In this document: positions 53,101 through 64,000 of the stretch, piece by piece | How positions within the stretch are numbered: the first letter of the stretch is position 1 | How the letters are laid out: each line of letters opens with the position of its first letter | Assembly: GCF_009914755.1 (NCBI RefSeq) | Contig: NC_060926.1 | DNA from: the human T2T-CHM13v2.0 reference genome, Homo sapiens | DNA: 64,000 nucleotides | Strand: one strand, 5' to 3' | Notes under the pieces: generated by a model | The model's database searches: none | What the model was told of the DNA's origin: nothing | Seen by the model: the letters and a program-made list of their open reading frames with translations, nothing else | Program-made: the position numbers and the translations under genes

Positions 53101-53801
53101 GCAGGAAAGAGGCGTCCCTCCCCAAGGAATGGTGTCCACCTCAACACACAGCCCTGAGGAAGTTCAGCAAGCTGGATGATCCGCGGAATTGCCTCAGTTT
53201 ACCAGCTCTCCGGAGAGCGGTGGCCCTGGCGGCTGTGAGTAAACAGGCCTGTGCTTAGTGAACCATCCGCTCGAGCGGGTGTGTGTCTGCTAGGGACTTC
53301 TGCACTTCCTTTTAGGAGCCAAACATCCTACAGATCCCTCCCCGGCAAGTGTCACTCACGCCTCCCATTTCCCATAGATGCCTTCTCTTCCCCTTCCTTC
53401 CCCAGAAGCCCCTCCCCTCTGACCTCCACCCACAACTCCGGGAGGACTAAGTTGCCCAAGTTGCCCAAGACTGGAGACCCAATCATTCCTCTCCTGCTTT
53501 CCTCTAACTCTCCCTGATGCCTTTCCCCGCCTCCTCCCCTCCTCCCAACCCCACCTCCGGCCTCTCCAGCTCAGGGCTGCAGCCTGGGGAGAGCTTCTGG
53601 GAAGGGTGGGATGCAGCTCCCATTTACCCCATGTCTTTTCGGCAACTTCTGGTGGCAGGGACATAGCAGCGGCTGGGGAGCAGGTCATAGATGGGCCTAT
53701 CCTGGGCCCAGGTAAGGTCTTTATGCCAAGGCGGACATCTGGAGCCCTGGTCCAGGATGTGTCGACATACAGACAACAGAACGCATAGTCTAAAAACATA
53801 A

Positions 53802-53807
53802 TTTAAT
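53802..53807 (-). terminator. C1QL2: C1QL2 proximal poly(A) signal ATTAAA
   Basis: About 535 nt after the stop codon; GU-rich downstream element on minus (GCGTTCTGTTGTCTGTATGT) about 20 nt further. Confidence 0.7.
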
Positions 53808-54342
53808 GCATCGCGGTGAGTCTGAGTCAGGAGGGAATGCGGTGTGGAGAGGTGAATTTTCTGTTTGCTGGAATTCTGCTGTGGGTGGGGTTTTGGCTGA
53901 TGGACAGGGAAATCTGCACAAGTATTTCGGGTCACAAAGAAGGACGCCCCAGGAAGCCCGCGCTCCCTCTGGCCTACCTCCCTGGCCAGGGCCCGGAGCC
54001 CTCCGCTTCTAGGCACTGGGAGGAGGCTGTCTGAGGAGGGCAGGCTCCCGGCCCTGCCTGTCCAGGCTAATCAGGTTTGCAAAGTCTGTGCCGCCGCCTC
54101 AAGGGCTCGGGCGTCCCTTCCTCCCTTGCCGGGATGGGGATGGAGACCAGGAGCACAGCCCTGAGCGTGGTGGGTCGCAGACGCACTGAGGCCAGGAGCG
54201 GGGCAGGGAGGACGCAGGGATTTGTCTTTTCCAAAGGAGATGTCAGGAAGTGTTATGAATCGAGAGTGGCCTTTGCCAAGGAGCCGCGCCCGGGCGGAGA
54301 CCGGGCGGCCTGCAGCCACCCCGCCTCGCACCCCCCGCGCCC

Positions 54343-56004
<1,662 letters not shown>

Positions 56005-56346
56005 CTACCCAACTACTTCAGCGAGAGGCGCCGGGACCTCTGAGCCTGGGCCCACCGCGCTGGGGCTGGTCGGGAGAGCCGCGGACGCCCGCGCGCATGA
56101 CGTGGGGCACACAAGACGAATCCGGCGCCCCGAGGGTCCGGCGCCGGCCAGGGAGTGCTTGCGCTGGCCGGGGAGTCTGCTTGCGGCGTCCGGCGCTGGC
56201 TCCGCGGCGCTGCCTCCCGCCAGGCTCCGCTCCGCTGGGTTTAGTGGGGCTCCTAGCGCAGTGAGGGCGCCCCGGCTCCGCGGCGCGCTCTGCTGTGCTC
56301 TCTCGCTGTTCGCTGGCTCCCGCGCGGAGGGGGGACCCCGCTACCC

Positions 56347-56354
56347 TGACGTAA
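56347..56354. promoter_or_regulatory. CRE/ATF-like element near the presumed C1QL2 TSS
   Basis: TGACGTAA (7/8 to TGACGTCA); a second TGACGT at 56098-56103. Confidence 0.4.
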
Positions 56355-56921
56355 GGAGTCCGGGGCTGAGCGGCGGAGGCGGCGAAGCAGCGCGCGCTGC
56401 CATCACTCGGGAGACGGAGCCCTCATGTCATCAGCCTCCTATCTGGCGGCGTCCTCGGCAGAGGCGGTGAAGGCGCGGTTCCCCCTGGCGGCTCCCAGGA
56501 GCCACAAGTGGGCGCAGCGGGCGCGGTCCCAAGCCGGGGCACATCGGACACACCCACCCGCGGCCACACTCACGCGCCCCCCACCGATAACACACACAGA
56601 CACCCACGCACGCAGTGGCGGGGCACGCACAGCCACCCCCACATGGCCACGAAAGCAGCTGGAATCCAGGTGTCAGCAGGGCTCCTCTGGGGTCACCTAA
56701 TCCATCCCCTGGCCTGCAAAGAGGATCAAACCTCAACCCACCGAGTCCAGGAGAGTCCCGTGAGGTCCAGCGGGAAGGAGTTTCTGAAAGACCTCCTGAG
56801 TTATTTCTTCAGAATTGAATAGATCTCGCTTCTGGAAGATCTTTCGCAAACCTAGACTAAGGACTCCAGACTCTTAAACAGGCTCCCGTAGAGCACCCCA
56901 CTAACCTCTGAGGTGACTCTA

Positions 56922-57362
<441 letters not shown>

Positions 57363-58379
57363 TCATGGTGCACTCAGCTTCTACTCCAAGCCCGGCCACT
57401 GCCAGGCAGATGCATGGGCACATTCCCTTGGACATCCCCAGCTTCCTCCTCCTGAGATGGGTTTAGTTATTTTAGAAAATAGTCCAAATAGTCCAAAGCC
57501 ATTCTGAGCCAGTCTTGAATAAACCATGGCCTCAGATGAGAGCAGAATAGTCTATCTCCAATGTAGCATGTGAGGCTAAGGAAGGATGAGAGGCCCGCCA
57601 GTGTGGGAGAGACTTCCAGCGGAGAAATCAAAGCCCCAGCTTCTGCTCTTGCCCTGAGTAGCTGTGTGATTTTGCCAGGTGGTTCCTGTCCCTGAGACTC
57701 AGTTTCCTTAAAAGGCCGCCTCCTGCCCTAGCACCCCCAACATGGGAATCACACCAGGCCTGTCCTGGGGGGAGAATCTAAGGGCTGGTGTCAGTGTTTG
57801 GTGTAGCATCAGCATCTCTGGAACAACAGTGCACCCACCTAAGGCTATTGCTTTGAAGCTAACTCTCATTTGTCCTGCACTAGGTTCTTACGGGTTAATT
57901 AAAATCTATTTTTGTCCTCTGATCACCCTGGGTCATTTCCCCACTCCCAACCTCGTTGCTCTAGCCTGTTCTCTCCACATATATTTGTGGAAAGGATGAC
58001 TGAGCCTAGCCGGAAGCCAACTTTACCAAGGAGAGAAGGAGCACATTTATTGGCACCTACTACGTATGCATCAGGCACTTTGCACGTGCTCCTTCATTCA
58101 TTCCTCATGTTACTGTGGATTAGTGATCATTTTCCCACCGCACCAATGAGGAAAAAAAAAAGGTTTTGCAAGTGTAGGGTGTTTGCCAAGTGCATTTTAC
58201 CCACATGACAGAGCCAGGATCCTCCCGGCACCCAGATCAGGGGCTATCTGAACCTGTCAGTGAACACAGCTTCAACAGCTACTTCTTGGCCACAGTCTTC
58301 ACTGGTTTCCTCAGACTTGGGAGTCTTTCTCCACTCTCTGCCTCAGAGTCATCCCAAGAGCACGTGATTTCAGGAGCCA

Positions 58380-58575
58380 CATGGCCTACTTCCAATCCTG
58401 GGTCTGAGACTTCCTGTCTGTGTGACCTTGAGCAAGTTGCTTCATCTCTCTGAGCTCGGATCTCCATGTGTAGAATGGGAATGGAAAAAGAACCTACCTC
58501 TAAGTTATTGAGAAGACTGAACGAGCCAATTAATGTAAAGGCTTTAGAACAATAGCTAGCTCAGTAGAAGCTTAG
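58380..58575 (+). mobile_element. MIR SINE
   Basis: CTGTGTGACCTTGAGCAAGTTGCTTCATCTCTCTGAGC...AATGGGAATG...ACCTACCTC. Confidence 0.75.
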
Positions 58576-59232
58576 CTATTTTTATTAGCTATTGATGCTT
58601 TCAACCTCCCCTGCCATGGTTATGACCACTAGGATGCAACATGAAGGCAATATGCAGGGTGGCATGGGGAGGGTTAGGGTTTTAAAAAAAGAGAAGCTCA
58701 AAGATAATTCACATCCTTTGTCCTTCTCCAGAGCGCAGAAGGGGGATGTCCCATGCCTCCCACATTCCCCAAGCCTGCCCTGCTCTGTCTTTTTGTCTTT
58801 CAAAACTACCCAGAGTGTTTGTTCCCAGTCACCAGTTCCACCTGGACAAACATTTTCCAGGCAGACACTCACTCCGTTTGAATTCCCCAGCCTTTCAGAC
58901 TGCTGGAGACTGCCAAGTCCCAGTGATTTTGTCCTTGCAGTATCTGGGCAAAGATGAAGCAAGGAGGGTCAGATGTTTGAGACCCAGGCTTTCACCTTGG
59001 CAGACCACAAGCAAAGCTACCTTCCCTGGGGATCAGCATTCCTGGGAGCACCTCTCAAGACCAGCCCTCCACCAGGAGGCAGGGGCAGCAGGCTCCAGGG
59101 CAGGCAGAGCCCAGGCAGCCTCCACATAGCAGCCAAATAAGTCAAGAGGTGTCTTTCCCCTTGCTTCTCCTTCCTCCCACCCATCATGGCAGGGCCAGAA
59201 GGCATGGCCTGCTGGAGTGTTGAACATACCTA

Positions 59233-59544
59233 TTTTTTTTCTTTTTTTTTTTTTTTTTTTTTGAGACAGAGTCTCACTCTGTCGCCCAGGCTGCAGTGCA
59301 ATGGTACAATCTTGGGTTACTGCAACCTCTCCCTCCCAGGTTCAAGCAATTCTCCTGCCTCAGCTTCCTGAGTAGCTGGGATTACAGGTGCCCGCCACCA
59401 TGCCCGGTTAATTTTTGTATTTTTAGTAGAGGTGGGGTTTTGGCATGTTGGCCAGGCTGGTCTCGAACTCCTGGCCTCAAGCAATCCACCTGCCTCAGCG
59501 TCCCAAATTGCTGAGATTACAGGCGTGAGCTACTGCACCCAGCT
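59233..59544 (-). mobile_element. Alu
   Basis: T-tract followed by antisense dimer; TSD ACATACCT. Confidence 0.97.
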
Positions 59545-60489
59545 GACATACCTGTTTATCCACCTGGCTTCTGCTCCTCCTGAGCGATCCATATCATTGG
59601 TGACTATCTTCTCTTCAATACTAATTATGACCTATATTAACATATTGCCTTCCATTTAGACTGTGGTTTTTACATTTCGAGACCCACTCAAATCTGTTCT
59701 AAATTGCCTTTAGTAATCCAGCAGGCATTCCTTCTGCCAACATACACTGACAACCTACTATGTGCCAACCAGTGCTCTCTATCTTATCCTTTCATAGAGC
59801 CCTGTGCTCTGTGACACATAGTTTGATGCTTGGTTCCACACTGTCATGTCCGGTTCTTTAGTGGCCTCCACCAGCAGTGGGCCCCATGCTTCATCTACCT
59901 GCACCATGGCCTGTCTCCTGCATCTCATCTGGACTCCTCTCTAATTATCCTTTCAGTCTCAGCTAAGTGTCACTTCCTTGTCTGAAGTCTTCCGTGACCC
60001 TTCTCTAAGCTGAGTTGATAGTTCCTACCCATGTACGCTTTAGAGTACGTTGAATGTACCCTGCCATCCTATGTCTTACCATCATGCATTTCTTTATTAG
60101 TTAGCCTCCCCCACCTGGCTATGGGCTCCAGTAGGGCAGGAATCGTATCATTCATTCATCTTCATCTTTTGTGTATGTCATTCATTTGCTCAATATGTGT
60201 TTATTGACCCCTGTCATATGCCAGCCATCATGCCACGTGCTGAGTACACAGTGGTACACAACAGTCTTGGTTCCTTCTACTCTAGCTGTTCTACAAGACA
60301 CCCTCAGCTCCCCCATTTCTTTCTACCCGTAGCACATGAGTTTGTACCTGAACAGCTGCAGCATGGGTGTTTATTGACATGCTGTCTCTAAATCAGACCT
60401 GTGTCCCAATTAGAGTATAAGCTCTTTAGAGACATCATGTGGAATACATTGGCCAATCTTCTGCCTGCATCCCCAAAGGGAAGGACAGC

Positions 60490-61520
<1,031 letters not shown>

Positions 61521-61529
61521 ATGGAAGTC

Positions 61530-61750
61530 ATTGTGGATGATGGCAGAGAGAACACTGTGAGGTCACAAAATCATTTCCTTTTCTTCTTGGGCAGGGCCCA
61601 GCTAAATTTTCCAGCCTCTCCTTCAGACTGGTGAGGACATGTGACAGAACAATGGCCAATAGAATGTGAGCTGAGTGATTGATGTAAGCCATTTCAGGCC
61701 TGTACCCTAAAAGCTCTGTTACAATATTCCAAGCTCTTCCTTTATCTGCT
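61530..61750 (+). mobile_element. Old ERVL-class LTR fragment (LTR16/MLT1-like)
   Basis: TTTCCAGCCTCTC...CATGTGACAGAACAATGGCCAATAGAATGTGAGC. Confidence 0.5.
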
Positions 61751-62297
61751 GGCAATAGCAATAATAGGTAATATTTACTGAGCACTAACTGTATCCCTAT
61801 GCCAAGCATTTTAGATATATTAATTATTTTAATGCTCACAGCACTATGAGATATGCATCCCTGTTTTACAGATGGGGAAACTAAGATAAAGCTATATATT
61901 TATAAATGTCACTGTCATATGTAATCACTCCAATAATTGCTCCAGATTATGCTGGGATCCTGGACATGTGTCCCCCCAGATCTGGAGCTCCCAGATGCCA
62001 GGTCAGTCTGGCTGAAGGCTTCTTGCATATATTGCTGATCTCTCCCAGCCAGACGGTAAGCCTCCAAAGGGCAGGAACTGTCATGAGGACATGGCAAGTG
62101 TCAAATAAATATTTTTAAATTATTGATTATTTTATAGTGCCTGAAAATTTTACATATATGATCTCATGTCATAGTTTGCTCAAAAAGTGAAAAAATTTAA
62201 AAGATACTCTTTATGCTGGAAAATTAGGAAAGGAGGGCAAAGAAGGAAATTGATTGGCCATGCAGGTTCCTGTTAGCCTTTGCAAAAAACAGAGAAG

Positions 62298-62480
62298 TCT
62301 TCCTTCTTTCCTTCCTTTCTTCCTTCTCTATTTTCTCCCTTCCTTCCTTCCCTCTTTTATCCTTTCCTTCCCTCCTTCCTTTCTTCTTCCCTCCCTCCCT
62401 CTCTCATTCCCTCCCTCCTTCTCTCCCTCTTTTTCTTCTTCTCTGCTTTCTTTCCTTATTTATTCATTTATCTGCTCATT
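62298..62480. repeat. (TTCC)-rich low-complexity polypyrimidine tract
   Basis: Read directly. Confidence 0.85.
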
Positions 62481-64000
62481 CATCCTCCATATAGCATGTG
62501 CACCTACCATATGCAGAATTCTGTGCTGGGGTGGGTAGGGTGGGAGGCATGAATATGATGTTCTTGCTAAAGAGCTTGCAGTTTGGATGGAGGAACAAGA
62601 CTAACAAACAGAAAGCACCTAAGCAGCCATCTGTATTTAGGTGGTATAGACAAGGAGTACAGGCAGGAAGAGGTTGCCAAATGCAAGTCACTGTGGCCAC
62701 ACAAGGCACTTGAAGTCTATCCCAGGATGAAGAGACAGAGCAGGACCTTCAAGGACAAGTGAGACTTGAACCTGTGAGAGGTCTGGGTGGATAGTGCAGT
62801 GGAGCTGCCCAACTGGTGTCTGGGGCACAGCAAAGAGGCTGGTCTGTACAGAGCCAAGGGTTTGTGCAGGGCTGGTGTGGACAGTATGTTACATGTGCCA
62901 CTTTTCCCATCAAGCATTCTCCCAGGACCCTGCTTCTGCAAGTATTGATTACTCTGTCTTCCAGCTCCATTTTGTTTATGCACTATCTTTGGCCTTTTTG
63001 GAGACACTGTAGTAAGCCTGGCCCTGTACCTCTCTTTGCATACCCCACCTCCAGCCCCTTAGTCTTCCTCATGTGTCTAGTGAGTGATTGCTCTGAAAGA
63101 AAGAGAAGGAAAATCATATTTTCTACCTCTGCTGGGCACTCAGCTAGAGCTAGTGGCGCATAGGAGCCATAGGCTCTTCCAGTCCTTTCAGGCAGGAACT
63201 AGTGCCCTACAGTGTAGGGCAGAACGGGGGCGAGGTGGAGTGCACAGGCTCCTGCTGTTCTGAGAGGTTGGGCCACAGTGACCCACAGGCCTGTTTCCAT
63301 TTTCAGCCCTAGCTCCTGAGATGCTCACAGCTAAAGGGGGTGGAGAAAGAATGCTCCAGTCTTAGCCCCTGAAGACATCAGACAGCCCTGCTCAGTGACC
63401 AGTGAGAAAGCACCCACCAGGCCCATTAACCCAGAAGCAGCAGCAACACGTTTGAGTCAAGAGGGTCAGCCAGCCCCAGAAAGCCCTCACTTGGCCCTCT
63501 CAGAGACTGCTGCTGGGGCCCTAATTATCTCACCTCTAAGGGGCTGGCCCTGGCTGGATCTTCATGGAGCTGTGAGCTTGTTGCAGTGTCTGGGCTTGCT
63601 TTCTCCAGAGCCCAAGTCCCCTGCAAAAAAAAAAAAGAGAGAGAGAGAGAGAGAGACAGCTCTCAGAAACCCAAAATGAGGATGATTTAAGCAGGTCCTC
63701 CTGCACTGAGCTCGGCTTATTCCCACACTAGGCCAGCCAAAGAACCAATCATTCAAGCCACCCTTCCCCTGCCAGCTTTTTTCTGTCCTGTATCTGGGTG
63801 GTGCAGTTTAATTATTCATCCATGCAGGAACTATTTATCCAGTGCCTACTATGTGCAAGATACGAGATCCAGCAGAAAGCAGAAACACTCTATCCCTCAC
63901 TAGCTGAGAAGCCTGTGGGGGTTACTTTACCAACTTCCTTCTCTGCCTTCATGATAATATCTGCCAACATGGACCTTTCCTCCCCAAACCACCTATGTCC

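Overview
Primate, very probably human, genomic DNA: Alu, MIR, L2, L1 and LTR repeats throughout, CpG-depleted except for one CpG island. There is one supportable protein-coding gene, C1QL2 (C1q/TNF-superfamily synaptic organiser), on the minus strand. It has two coding exons (55809-55126 and 54522-54343, 287 aa) joined by a phase-0 GT-AG intron. From memory this locus is 2q14.2, between MARCO and STEAP3. The first ~50 kb is intergenic DNA downstream of the gene, and nearly all other ORF-track entries are chance or repeat-derived. I see no multi-gene novel system. The best leads are: (1) an in-frame, AUG-free upstream extension of C1QL2 with ATT/CTG codons in good context, which would turn the signal peptide into an RRRR + 24-residue hydrophobic, type II signal-anchor-like segment; (2) a 21/21 REST/RE1 site; (3) a perfectly homogeneous 14 x 33-bp G-rich minisatellite; (4) a possible distal poly(A) site giving a ~4.2-kb 3'UTR; (5) an LTR10-like solo LTR with an AP-1 tandem repeat; (6) a strong CTCF site and several enhancer-like motif clusters. 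Repeat family names come from recalled consensus sequences, and boundaries without target-site duplications (TSDs) are approximate.
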